Notes under the pieces: generated by a model | Database searches by the model: none | What the model was told of the DNA's origin: nothing | Seen by the model: only the letters and a program-made list of their open reading frames with translations | Shown: positions 45,642 to 55,159 of the stretch, one piece after another | Position numbering within the stretch: the first letter of the stretch is position 1 | Layout: each line of letters opens with the position of its first letter | NCBI GenBank assembly: GCA_964612105.1 | Contig: CAZTEU010000005.1 | Location: forward strand, 45,039-109,038 | Direction of reading: 5' to 3' | DNA: 64,000 bases | Origin: an uncultured Gammaproteobacteria bacterium | GTDB taxonomy: Bacteria; Patescibacteriota; Patescibacteriia; Magasanikbacterales; UBA922 | Program-made: the position numbers and the translations under genes

Positions 45642-45738
45642 ATTTTAATATACCTACGAATAGCATTATTTTACCAATAATACAGGGCAAATGCAAGAAC
45701 CCAGCATTCTTATAGCTTTGTGATATAATATATCTATT

Positions 45739-46749
45739 ATGAGGCTATTTCTTGCTATAACTACCATTTTTGCTGTCATTGCGGCAGCTATTTTTGTTGT
45801 TTTCAAATTTGGAAATATTGAGAGTTACGTAGTAGAAATTCCTCCAGCAGTACAACAAGAGCAAGAAGTGGTTAAAAAAGAAAAACTACCTGTAGCAGTA
45901 AAAAGACCAGTCAAACAACCAGAACCACCAATTATTGAGCCTGTGGTTCCAGAAACGAAAGCAGAACTAGTAGAAATACCAGAAAAAGAGGTGGTAAAAA
46001 AGATTGAAGAAGTCGCTAAAATTTCAATCCCAGAAAAAGAAACTAACGCTCCCACTCCAATTGTATATAAAATTGTAAAAGCAGGCTCAAGCTCTTTTCT
46101 TTCTTATGATGGAGTTTTCACCCTGACAAACAGTCATAGAGCACAAAATGGACACGGACCACTTGAGCATAACTCTCTTTTGGACAGCGCGGCACAAATG
46201 AAACTGCAGGACATGTTTGATCAACAATATTTTGCACATGTAGGACCAGACGGAAAAGAACCTTCCACATGGGTAAACGCAGCTGGATACAATTACAAAA
46301 CAACAGGGGAAAATCTTGCACAGGGAAATTTTGAAACAGATGCAGTTTTGGTTCAAGGGTGGATGGACAGCCCTGGACATCGTGCAAACATATTAAACAC
46401 AACTTTTACTCAAATAGGAATTGCTGTTGGCAAAGGCATGTTCGAGGGTCAAGAAACATGGTTGGCAGTACAGGTTTTTGGTAAACCAATGCCAATTTGT
46501 GACCAGCCCGAGCAAGTATTAAAAGATCAAATAGAAGCAGAGAATGTAAAAATAGATCAAACGCAACAAAAAATAAATGGTCTACAAAACGAAATCGACT
46601 CCACTTCTGACGTGGAACTACATAATCAAAAAGTAGATGAATATAATGCGCTTATTCCAATATTCAACGATCTAATTGAAAAAACAAAAGCGCTGACAAG
46701 TAAATTCAACGCTCAAGTTAATGTTTATAATCTATGTATTGATCAGTAA
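45739..46749 (+). CDS. CAP/SCP domain protein with TM anchor and coiled coil
   Basis: YFAH, GENLA, WMDSPGHRANIL. Confidence 0.9.
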   Translation: MRLFLAITTIFAVIAAAIFVVFKFGNIESYVVEIPPAVQQEQEVVKKEKLPVAVKRPVKQPEPPIIEPVVPETKAELVEIPEKEVVKKIEEVAKISIPEKETNAPTPIVYKIVKAGSSSFLSYDGVFTLTNSHRAQNGHGPLEHNSLLDSAAQMKLQDMFDQQYFAHVGPDGKEPSTWVNAAGYNYKTTGENLAQGNFETDAVLVQGWMDSPGHRANILNTTFTQIGIAVGKGMFEGQETWLAVQVFGKPMPICDQPEQVLKDQIEAENVKIDQTQQKINGLQNEIDSTSDVELHNQKVDEYNALIPIFNDLIEKTKALTSKFNAQVNVYNLCIDQ

Positions 46750-47493
46750 CTAAAAAGTTTCTATATCAAATGAATCGACTCCATTCCATTTCATTCTAAG
46801 TATATCAATACCAGAAATAACTTCTTCTGCTCTTATTACAACCCCATACCTGGGAAGAATATAAAGATAATTTCTAACATTTTGCTCATTATTTTCTTCT
46901 AATCCTTTTTTTTCTAGGATTGACCAAAATAAATCTTCAACAGCCTCAACCTCTATTTTTGGAACAAGATCCTTTCTCTCTACCCAAACACCTTTATTAT
47001 TTTCAATAAAATACAACTCCTGTGAGCACATAGGACCACACCCAGCGAACTCGATTGCCACAACCCCGAGCTTAGGACCTCTTGTAAACACAGTCATTGT
47101 GTACCAAGATTCAGAGCCAGTTAATCTTATATAATAATTATCTTTATCAACAATTGGATCAGAACCAGGAAACTGTTCGTAACCTTTTTTTAATAATTCT
47201 AACCTGTTCTCTTTAGTATCTTCAATATACCCCCATTTTATTTCTGGAATATATTTAGCAGGTATATTTAAAAAATAATCTTCTATTTCCCAAGTAGCGG
47301 ACTTCTCTACTGCTTCAGTGCTTTTTTTTAAAATCTCCTCTACTTCTGCTTTTTCAACTTGCCCACTTAAATTCACCTCATTTTTAACTTGATTATCAGA
47401 TAACGATACTTCTACCTCACTTGACTTATTTTGCGAACAACCAAAGCCTAGTAAAGCGAAAAAGGCCAATAGTATAAATATTTTATTTCTCAT
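46750..47493 (-). CDS. Hypothetical lipoprotein
   Basis: Lipobox LGFGC; 247 aa. Confidence 0.75.
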   Translation of the reverse strand: MRNKIFILLAFFALLGFGCSQNKSSEVEVSLSDNQVKNEVNLSGQVEKAEVEEILKKSTEAVEKSATWEIEDYFLNIPAKYIPEIKWGYIEDTKENRLELLKKGYEQFPGSDPIVDKDNYYIRLTGSESWYTMTVFTRGPKLGVVAIEFAGCGPMCSQELYFIENNKGVWVERKDLVPKIEVEAVEDLFWSILEKKGLEENNEQNVRNYLYILPRYGVVIRAEEVISGIDILRMKWNGVDSFDIETF

Positions 47494-47496
47494 ATA

Positions 47497-48789
47497 TTAG
47501 GGCTTTACCCTGTTTACTAATCTTGGAAATGGAATACACTCACGAATGTGTTCTGTACCAGAAATCCAGCGCACCATTCGCTCCAATCCAATTCCAAATC
47601 CAGAATGCGGCACACTGCCGTATTTTCTTAAATCCAAATACCATTCATACTCTTTTTCATCCAATCCTTCTTTACGAATTCTTTCAAGTAAAATCTCATA
47701 ACTGTCTTCACGTTGTGATCCGCCAGAAATCTCCCCCGCCCCCTCTATTCCTATTAAATCATTATTTAAAACATAGTCAGAATTTTCTGGATCTATTTTC
47801 ATATAAAATGGTTTAATATTTTTTGGCCATCGTTCTATAAAAACAGGAACCTCACTATCCTTTGTAAGAATTCCTTCGTCGTCATTTCCTAAGTCCTCTC
47901 CATGCTTTATGTCTGAACCAAGCTCATTTAATTTTTTAATCGCGTCGTCATATTTTAGTCGGGCAAAAGGTTTGTCTAACATGTTTTTAAGTGCAGTCGT
48001 GTCCCTACCAAGAACCTCAAATTCTTTTACACACTTACCTAGACACTCTTTTACAATTGCTTTCACTAACCCCTCTTGAATGTCCATATTTTCTTCATGC
48101 TCAACAAATGCAGCCTCTGCATCCATCATCCAAAATTCTGTAAGATGGCGCTTTGTTGTGGACTTCTCACTCCTAAAAGTTGGCCCAAAGTCATAGCACC
48201 TCCCTACAGAGCCTATTAGGGCTTCTAGGTATAATTGGCCAGTTTGTGCTAAATAAGCCTCTCCAAGGTCAAAATAAGGCACAGAGAACAGCGTGGTAGT
48301 ACCTTCTGCAGAGTTTGGGGTGAATATTGGAGAATCTGTCCTTACAAAGCTATTTTCGTACATATACATCCCAATAGCCATCTGTACAGTACTGCGTATT
48401 TTGAGGATAGCCCATTGTCTCCTTGAGCGTAACCACAGGTGCCTGTTGTTGAGTAGAAAATCTGGACCATGTTCTTTCTTTGTAATAGGAAACTCTACCG
48501 CCCCATGAAGCAATTCTATTTTACTAACTTGTAGTTCAAAAACATCTTCCTTCTTTGGGTGTTTACTTACAGAACCTGTAACAATTACTGATGACTCCTG
48601 AGTTATTTCATTTACAGTATTAAAAGCTTCTTCAGAAGCACTCTGAGACACAATAGCTTGTACAAAACCAGAACCATCCCTAATCTGCAAGAAAGAAATT
48701 TTACCTGACGAACGGAGATTATATACCCAACCACGTATGGTAACATCTTTACCTACATGCTCGGAAATTTTGGATATTTGTATATTCAT
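47497..48789 (-). CDS. asnS: Asparagine--tRNA ligase
   Basis: RHLWLR, AQTGQLY, RHLTEFWM, WYLDLRKYGSVPHSGFG. Confidence 0.96.
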   Translation of the reverse strand: MNIQISKISEHVGKDVTIRGWVYNLRSSGKISFLQIRDGSGFVQAIVSQSASEEAFNTVNEITQESSVIVTGSVSKHPKKEDVFELQVSKIELLHGAVEFPITKKEHGPDFLLNNRHLWLRSRRQWAILKIRSTVQMAIGMYMYENSFVRTDSPIFTPNSAEGTTTLFSVPYFDLGEAYLAQTGQLYLEALIGSVGRCYDFGPTFRSEKSTTKRHLTEFWMMDAEAAFVEHEENMDIQEGLVKAIVKECLGKCVKEFEVLGRDTTALKNMLDKPFARLKYDDAIKKLNELGSDIKHGEDLGNDDEGILTKDSEVPVFIERWPKNIKPFYMKIDPENSDYVLNNDLIGIEGAGEISGGSQREDSYEILLERIRKEGLDEKEYEWYLDLRKYGSVPHSGFGIGLERMVRWISGTEHIRECIPFPRLVNRVKP

Positions 48790-48819
48790 AACGGTTTAAT
48801 ACTAGCTTATAATTATATA

Positions 48820-49554
48820 TTAGGCAAGACGACTAATACGACCCCAATCTGGAATGTGTCTCTCATGATAGAATCGCACAAACGAATATATACAGCTGTG
48901 AACTATATAATACTGTTGAGGGGTGAGATTTAGGCGCATTGCTATATCTGGTTTGTTTACAAGAATCTTTAATACCTTTTGTGCTCCCGGACCACACGGC
49001 AATATTTTTTCTCCTCTAGATATTTCTCCACCACGACAGTTAGAACAAATAACTCCCCCTCCAGAAATAATGAAGCCGTGTAACTTTTTCTTTTCTAAAC
49101 ACATCACACAGTGATCTAAAGTTGGACATAATCCAAAGTGCGAATATAGTTGCAATACAAACGTATCTAAATTAACAACTTTTGGTTTTTTACTCTGAGC
49201 CAACTCTTTTAGCCACGCAATCAAGAAGTCATACACAAAAGGATCTGGTGCGTTAGTCTCCAAGAGCCTGTTTACAATTACTAGTGCGTAAGATGCTAAT
49301 AATCTTTTCTTTAAATCTTTCTGAATCAACAAAAAACTTTCCACTGGGATCGCTCTTGTAAGATGGTCTACTCGCTTACCTGGAATAATATCCACATTTG
49401 CTATACGACACTGACCTAAACAAGAAGAGTTTTTACTTGTAATTTTTTTTATTCCACGAGCAAGAACATGGCGTTTGCCATGCTCCTTTGTAATTAGGGT
49501 TATCATTTGATCTGACTCACGAATATCGTAACGTGCAAGTACAAGAGCGTGCAT
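48820..49554 (-). CDS. recO: DNA repair protein RecO
   Basis: N-terminal OB fold (ESDQ..GK..ARG) and C4 zinc finger. Confidence 0.88.
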   Translation of the reverse strand: MHALVLARYDIRESDQMITLITKEHGKRHVLARGIKKITSKNSSCLGQCRIANVDIIPGKRVDHLTRAIPVESFLLIQKDLKKRLLASYALVIVNRLLETNAPDPFVYDFLIAWLKELAQSKKPKVVNLDTFVLQLYSHFGLCPTLDHCVMCLEKKKLHGFIISGGGVICSNCRGGEISRGEKILPCGPGAQKVLKILVNKPDIAMRLNLTPQQYYIVHSCIYSFVRFYHERHIPDWGRISRLA

Positions 49555-49555
49555 A

Positions 49556-49939
49556 TTATTTTTTCAAGTAACTCTGTAAGATTACCATAGCAGATTTTTC
49601 ATCGCGAGTAGCCTCCCCTCCCATTTCATCTGCTTCAGCAGAGCTAAACCTTTCATCTACAAACTCAACAGGAATATCTATGTCTTTTTTTAGCTCTTCT
49701 ACAAAAGCACGGACTCGCTTTGTGTTTTCGTTTTCTTCAACATCACTGTCTGCACTAATTGGTAAACCTACCACTAACTTGTCCGCTCTTTCTTCTTTTA
49801 TTAAATTAACAAGTTGCTCATGTCGGGATTCACCTGGTTTTTCTTCTACCACACCATACGGTAAAACAACTCCAAGTTCTTTTTGCACCCATGCTAACCC
49901 AATCTTTTTTGTACCAAAATCTATTGCAAGTATATTCAT
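49556..49939 (-). CDS. ruvX: RuvX/YqgF resolvase-like nuclease
   Basis: LAIDFGTKKIGLA, VVGLP, VDERFSS. Confidence 0.92.
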   Translation of the reverse strand: MNILAIDFGTKKIGLAWVQKELGVVLPYGVVEEKPGESRHEQLVNLIKEERADKLVVGLPISADSDVEENENTKRVRAFVEELKKDIDIPVEFVDERFSSAEADEMGGEATRDEKSAMVILQSYLKK

Positions 49940-49940
49940 A

Positions 49941-51458
49941 TTATTTTAGGAATACGTCTATGTTAACTATCCCACTCTTTTCATCCTCCTCAGTAAATTT
50001 CTTGTTTATACTTTTCTTTTCTAAACCATCTTTCTCCACAACAAGAGTAAAATCCCCGACAGCTACAGGCAAAAAATATCTACCAAACATATCTGTAACT
50101 GTGTATGCTATTCTTTTCTCATACGGTTTCTTAAACAAAGACACCACGGCCCCAGATATTGCTTTGTTATCTTTCGTGTATATCTTTCCAAATTTCTTAC
50201 GTTTATCTTTTCTTGTAAGTCTGAGGAATATAATTAAGAGTACAACGTGCACAGCAACAAGTACCCATACCCACCATGAACGAACAAAGAGTAAGGCCAG
50301 AGCAGAAAGGAATGGCGCAATATAACCAACTGTACGACCAATTCTCCTTTGCCATTTTTTTAACTTAAACCTACCAACGCTCGGCTTACCTTCATCTGGA
50401 TCTAAAGGAACTTGTTTGTCTATAACCACTTCCTTATTCTTAACATCCACACTTCCTCCTAAATAATTCTCTGGATTATCTTTTCCAAATACAGACGGAA
50501 AGGAAAAGCTTTGTTTACTTGCCTCTAACTCATACACTCCCGGAGGAGTAAGGAATAAGTAGTTTCCATTCTTGCCTGTAACAGCACTTTTAATAACTTT
50601 CTTTGTATTAGAATCTATAAGCCTTACAGAACTTAGGTCTAATGGATTTTTTGTAATGGAATTAAATACTGTTCCCCAAGTCTTATACTTTCTTCTCCTT
50701 AATAACAGCAATGGTTGTGCAAGTACAAATTGACCAAACAGTATGGTTGTATGTATGCCACTTGCAAAAGGAATGTTTAACACAGCTAGCCCCGCAATGA
50801 CAGGGGCTGTCTTTTTAATGACACACTGTTCTACGTATGAGTAGTCTTTTTCTGTTGGGTTTGTTATTAAGGTTGTAATGTCTGCAACATTATTAACTTC
50901 TAAAGATTCTTTTGCACAGTCTATAACAACTGCTGTCTTACCATACGTATTTGCAAGACTTTCTAAACCAACAGATCCAAAACAATTAGAAATTTCATTC
51001 TGCACCTCTGCGCTTATAGCCCCAGAAAGATTATATGTATTGTTTAGTCTTTCTATACATTCACCCACCTCTTTTGACTGCTCATTTGTAATATTACTTA
51101 AATCTGAATACTGAGCAGAAAGCGTGTCCTTTAGTACAGGTAATTCCCAAACTTTGTTTAATGATTGCTCTTCATAGCACGCAGATAACTCTTTCTGATA
51201 CTCCTGATACAACCTACCCTGACTACAATCTGCCAGTAGTACTATGTATTCTGGATTAGAGGTATCATCCGCATACTTATCATTTACTCCAGCTATACAC
51301 TCCTGCGAAGAGGCGCTGTATTCTTCTGTTACACGCTTAATACAATCTGCAGATGCCTGCTGTCCATCATTCTGTGCATGTACCACACCAAAAGACACAA
51401 AAAAAGAGCCAAAAAGGACAGCAAACAGTAAAAGAGATGTTTTGATGTGTTGTCTCAT
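49941..51458 (-). CDS. Secreted/membrane protein with Cys-rich helical N-terminus and carboxypeptidase-regulatory-like domains
   Basis: Signal peptide; WGTVFNS..K.PL and T...G.Y motifs; C-terminal TMs. Confidence 0.75.
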   Translation of the reverse strand: MRQHIKTSLLLFAVLFGSFFVSFGVVHAQNDGQQASADCIKRVTEEYSASSQECIAGVNDKYADDTSNPEYIVLLADCSQGRLYQEYQKELSACYEEQSLNKVWELPVLKDTLSAQYSDLSNITNEQSKEVGECIERLNNTYNLSGAISAEVQNEISNCFGSVGLESLANTYGKTAVVIDCAKESLEVNNVADITTLITNPTEKDYSYVEQCVIKKTAPVIAGLAVLNIPFASGIHTTILFGQFVLAQPLLLLRRRKYKTWGTVFNSITKNPLDLSSVRLIDSNTKKVIKSAVTGKNGNYLFLTPPGVYELEASKQSFSFPSVFGKDNPENYLGGSVDVKNKEVVIDKQVPLDPDEGKPSVGRFKLKKWQRRIGRTVGYIAPFLSALALLFVRSWWVWVLVAVHVVLLIIFLRLTRKDKRKKFGKIYTKDNKAISGAVVSLFKKPYEKRIAYTVTDMFGRYFLPVAVGDFTLVVEKDGLEKKSINKKFTEEDEKSGIVNIDVFLK

Positions 51459-51585
51459 AATGGATGTAGTTTAGCAGAATGAGAGTAAATAGCAAAACAA
51501 AAAAACACCATATTAGTGTTCTTTTGAATTGGGCCGAGATTTTGTATAGGTACTCGGCCGTTTAACCTATGTTGTCGTACTCCCC

Positions 51586-52002
51586 TTACTCGGTAGGCAT
51601 CTCGACATCGCTGACGTCGACACCTAGAGCCAAGGCGCATACTTGGTAGTCCGCGACGCGATTCTGGTAGATCGACCCTCCAACGCATCGCACGAAGCGC
51701 GTAACGAAGTCCTTGAACCCGTGGTCCAGGTCCATGGCAGTACAGATGATGTGAGATGCCGCATACCTGAAGTCTTCGTCGACCATACCATACATGAAGT
51801 TCTGCAGGGCACTCTCGCAGAGTCCACCACACAGTGAGTCAGCCAGAGGGATGTCCTTCCAGGCGATGTAGGTACGGTTATTGTAGCCACGTTCCTCGTG
51901 AAAGAGTGTTTCATATGAGACCCCCTTCTCTTGAATCGCCGCTTTATTGAGGAGCCAAACCTTCAGACACTTGCTGACCTGGGCTTGCAGATACTGATTC
52001 AT
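51586..52002 (-). CDS. Orphan protein (138 aa), GC-rich island
   Basis: SD AAGGAG 6 nt before ATG 52002; promoter TTGACA(52099-52094)-17-TATATT(52076-52071). Confidence 0.7.
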   Translation of the reverse strand: MNQYLQAQVSKCLKVWLLNKAAIQEKGVSYETLFHEERGYNNRTYIAWKDIPLADSLCGGLCESALQNFMYGMVDEDFRYAASHIICTAMDLDHGFKDFVTRFVRCVGGSIYQNRVADYQVCALALGVDVSDVEMPTE

Positions 52003-52205
52003 TTCCATCTCCTTGTAAAGAGCCTCTATTTTGTCCTCCACCACGCCTTTTTGTGATTTCAGAACGCCTTAATATACCACGAAATGGAGCGTATGTCAAT
52101 GGTTATATAATGCCATAGGTCTGTTATAAGGCTATACATAGCCCTTTTTGTTAATGTTGTCAGAAGTATTGACATATCAAGCATATTATGCTATACTATA
52201 TACAT

Positions 52206-53021
52206 ATGATTGCAGAACGCCATTTAATACAATTAGGCCTTTCTGAGAAGGAATCTCAGCTATATATCTCTACTCTTAAACTTGGATCTGGAACAGTGCA
52301 GGAAATAGCTAAAAATGCCTCTATTAAGCGCCCTACTGCCTATGTTGTGTTGGATCAGCTGGTAGAAAAAGGTCTTGTATCTAAAAAACTAGGCAGTTCT
52401 GGTACCTCATATATTGCAGAAAATCCGGATAAGTTAGAAGGTCTTGTAGATAAACAGAAGTTTGCACTTTCTAATGCTCTCCCTCTACTAAAAGACATAT
52501 ACAAAGAAGAGGTAAATAAACCCCATGTAAAGATATATGAAGGAATAGAGGGAATGAAAAAAGTATATTTTGATACTGTATGGAAAAGTAAGTCAGAAAT
52601 ATTATACTTTGCTTCTATAAGAAAAATAGATCAACTATACCCTGGACTGTTAGATCAGTGGGTAAAGAACTTTAAGACAAAGTATGATTTTCAGCCGGTG
52701 GCTAGAGAATTAATTAATCCAGACAAGGAAGATTTAGAATACGGTGTTGAATTTTCTTTATCAGATAAGAATAGACAAACACGTGTTATTCCAAAGGGCT
52801 TCCCTACTAAATTTGTTGGTACGGATAATGCTATTTTTGATGACAAGGTTATGTTTGTCTCTCTGGAAGGAAAGTTGTTTACAACCCTAATACAAAATAA
52901 GATATTAGCAGACACTATGCGTACGCTCTATGAACTTGCCTGGAGTGCTTCTGTTCCTATTGAAGAGTACATAGAAAAAAATAAAGAGGAATTCCCTGAT
53001 TTGTATAAAAAACTCAAATAA
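52206..53021 (+). CDS. TrmB-family transcriptional regulator
   Basis: LGLSEKES, IKRPTAYVVL..L..KGLV HTH, YEGIEG; promoter TTGACA-17-TATACT ends 8 nt before the ATG. Confidence 0.88.
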   Translation: MIAERHLIQLGLSEKESQLYISTLKLGSGTVQEIAKNASIKRPTAYVVLDQLVEKGLVSKKLGSSGTSYIAENPDKLEGLVDKQKFALSNALPLLKDIYKEEVNKPHVKIYEGIEGMKKVYFDTVWKSKSEILYFASIRKIDQLYPGLLDQWVKNFKTKYDFQPVARELINPDKEDLEYGVEFSLSDKNRQTRVIPKGFPTKFVGTDNAIFDDKVMFVSLEGKLFTTLIQNKILADTMRTLYELAWSASVPIEEYIEKNKEEFPDLYKKLK

Positions 53022-53088
53022 TTATGAACAAACAAAAAGAGCTTCTTTTACTAGATGCTCTTTTTTGTATTTTATTTTCTCTCGTTTC

Positions 53089-53898
53089 CTATTTCTCACC
53101 AGGTCGCCTTGTTACAACAAGAGGTCCTTTAGCGTCGATTATGATCGTATGCTCTGCATGCGCACTCAAACTTCCGTCTTTAGTGCTAATGCTCCATCCG
53201 TCGTCTGCAGTAGTAACTTCATGATTACCTAACGTAATCATAGGTTCTAGAGCAAGCACCACACCTTCTTTTAGTTCCCACTGTTCCATTTCTTCGCTGT
53301 AATAGTTTGGTACATGTGGCTCTTCATGAACATCATGCCCAACACCATGTCCCACTAAATCTCTTACAATTCCATATCCCTGTGGCTTAACATAATCTTC
53401 TACAGCTCTTCCAATATCTGCGATTGTACCTCCAGGCTGACATGCTTCTATTGCAAGTTCCAATGCTTTGTTTGTTACAGAAACTAATTGTTTTGTCTTT
53501 TCATCTACTTCCCCAACTAGAACTGTGGTGGCTGTGTCTGTAAAGAAACCATTTCCATTTTTTCCTTCACCTTTGTTTGCTGGCCATTGCATGCCAATAT
53601 CTATACTAAAAATATCCCCGCTTTTGAGTACTTTTTCTTTTGATGGAATACCATGAACAATTTCCTCGTTGATACATGCACAAATAGCTCCAGGAAACGG
53701 ACTACCACTGCCACCGGAGTATCCCTTAAAAGCAGGTAAACCTCCAACCTTTTCTATTAGTTCTACGGCTCTTTCATCTATTTTTAGTGTAGCGACACCA
53801 GGCTTTGCCATGCGACCAAGCTCCTCTAGAATCTCACCAATAAGCTTACCACCTTGTGTTAGTAGTTTTATTTCTCTTTTGCTTTTAGTATAGGACAT
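53089..53898 (-). CDS. map: Methionine aminopeptidase type I
   Basis: VHGIP, GHGVG..VHEEP, EPM, SAHAEHT. Confidence 0.96.
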   Translation of the reverse strand: MSYTKSKREIKLLTQGGKLIGEILEELGRMAKPGVATLKIDERAVELIEKVGGLPAFKGYSGGSGSPFPGAICACINEEIVHGIPSKEKVLKSGDIFSIDIGMQWPANKGEGKNGNGFFTDTATTVLVGEVDEKTKQLVSVTNKALELAIEACQPGGTIADIGRAVEDYVKPQGYGIVRDLVGHGVGHDVHEEPHVPNYYSEEMEQWELKEGVVLALEPMITLGNHEVTTADDGWSISTKDGSLSAHAEHTIIIDAKGPLVVTRRPGEK

Positions 53899-53932
53899 AT
53901 AAAATCCACTCTATCAGGAGTGGAGGGAAAAA

Positions 53933-54061
53933 TCAAGTAATGTATTTCAGAAGTAGAAAAGCAATAATACCAAGGAAAAGAAAGAATAGGAACAACAGAT
54001 CATTGCTGTAATGTTGTTTTTCTTTATGATGATGTGGTGAAACTATGTGTTCGTCCATCAT
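53933..54061 (-). CDS. Small single-TM protein (42 aa), not in the ORF track
   Basis: MMDEHIVSPHHHKEKQHYSNDLLFLFFLFLGIIAFLLLKYIT; TG-C-TATACT just upstream and hairpin 53905-53924 downstream. Confidence 0.55.
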   Translation of the reverse strand: MMDEHIVSPHHHKEKQHYSNDLLFLFFLFLGIIAFLLLKYIT

Positions 54062-54101
54062 ATCTTATGAGTATAGCAAAATGTATACAAGAATGCACAC
54101 C

Positions 54102-54770
54102 TTACTCATCTTTATGCAATACTTCCTCTATTAAATCGTCTACTTCTGATATTTCCAAACTTCCATCAACGCTTACTAAAATACCTAATTCTTTGTAATA
54201 ATTTACAATTGGAGATAGTGCAGTATTACCCTGCTCTTTTATTCTCTTCTGTATTATTTCTGGCTTATCATCATGGCGAACCTGCAACTTAGCTCCACAC
54301 TCTGTACACTCTTCTACAAGATGATTGTCTGGTGAGTAAGGAATTATATGTCCACACTTTTCACAAACTTTACGCTTTGTAAGTCTCTTATGACTTGTTT
54401 CATCATCTAAGCGCATTTCTATCGCAATGACTTCACCTTCCACACCTTTTTCTACAAAGAACTCCTGATATTTCTTTGCCTGCTCTACAGAACGAATTGC
54501 CCCATCTAGAATAACTCCTTTACTGTCTGAAAAGTTTTTTTCAATCTCTGCAAAAGCAAGTTTATACACTAAATCATCTGAAACTAATTTTCCAGATTTC
54601 ATATCTTCCAGCATTTTCTTATCATTAGGATCTGCATTTTCATCTGCACCTAGTGCACGCAATAGATCACCGGTAGATATTTGTCCATAACCATAGCGAT
54701 CTACTAACAATCTTGCTTGTGTCCCCTTTCCACTGCCAGGCACACCCAGGAGGATAATTATTTTTTTCAT
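54102..54770 (-). CDS. adk: Adenylate kinase
   Basis: GVPGSGKGTQA, ISTGDLLR, zinc-type LID. Confidence 0.96.
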   Translation of the reverse strand: MKKIIILLGVPGSGKGTQARLLVDRYGYGQISTGDLLRALGADENADPNDKKMLEDMKSGKLVSDDLVYKLAFAEIEKNFSDSKGVILDGAIRSVEQAKKYQEFFVEKGVEGEVIAIEMRLDDETSHKRLTKRKVCEKCGHIIPYSPDNHLVEECTECGAKLQVRHDDKPEIIQKRIKEQGNTALSPIVNYYKELGILVSVDGSLEISEVDDLIEEVLHKDE

Positions 54771-54772
54771 AA

Positions 54773-55066
54773 CTATTTCTTACTAAAGTATTTTTCAAAC
54801 TGTTTTACAATTCCTTTACGATCGAACTCACTTATTTTTCTTTGATTTTGTAGTTTATATAATGTTTCATCTACCTGCCGTAACGATATCTTTCCATCTC
54901 CTTTTCTTCGCTTTATAATTGCATTCTCTATAATAACTTCTTCACGGGCATCTAAACTCTTCGTTGTAACAGAAGAAACTAGTTCTTTTATTTTTTCACT
55001 TGTAACAGAATATTCTTTCTGAGAATACTTACTACCTGTGCCAAATATTTCACTTAATATGCCCAT
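54773..55066 (-). CDS. Hypothetical protein
   Basis: ORF between secY and adk; start likely MGILSE. Confidence 0.65.
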   Translation of the reverse strand: MGILSEIFGTGSKYSQKEYSVTSEKIKELVSSVTTKSLDAREEVIIENAIIKRRKGDGKISLRQVDETLYKLQNQRKISEFDRKGIVKQFEKYFSKK

Positions 55067-55159
55067 ATTTTTTAGTTTAATAACTATACCAGAGGGATAA
55101 CCTAAAATCAAGAGTTAAAAAAAGGCCATATTGGCCAATATTCCTATGACCTACCCATG

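Noticed and set aside
21240-52070. Long end-to-end arms around the five single-gene GC-rich islands
   Set aside because: Checked by eye; only local hairpins were found, with nothing like the ~26-bp arms of the 8.6-10 kb operon
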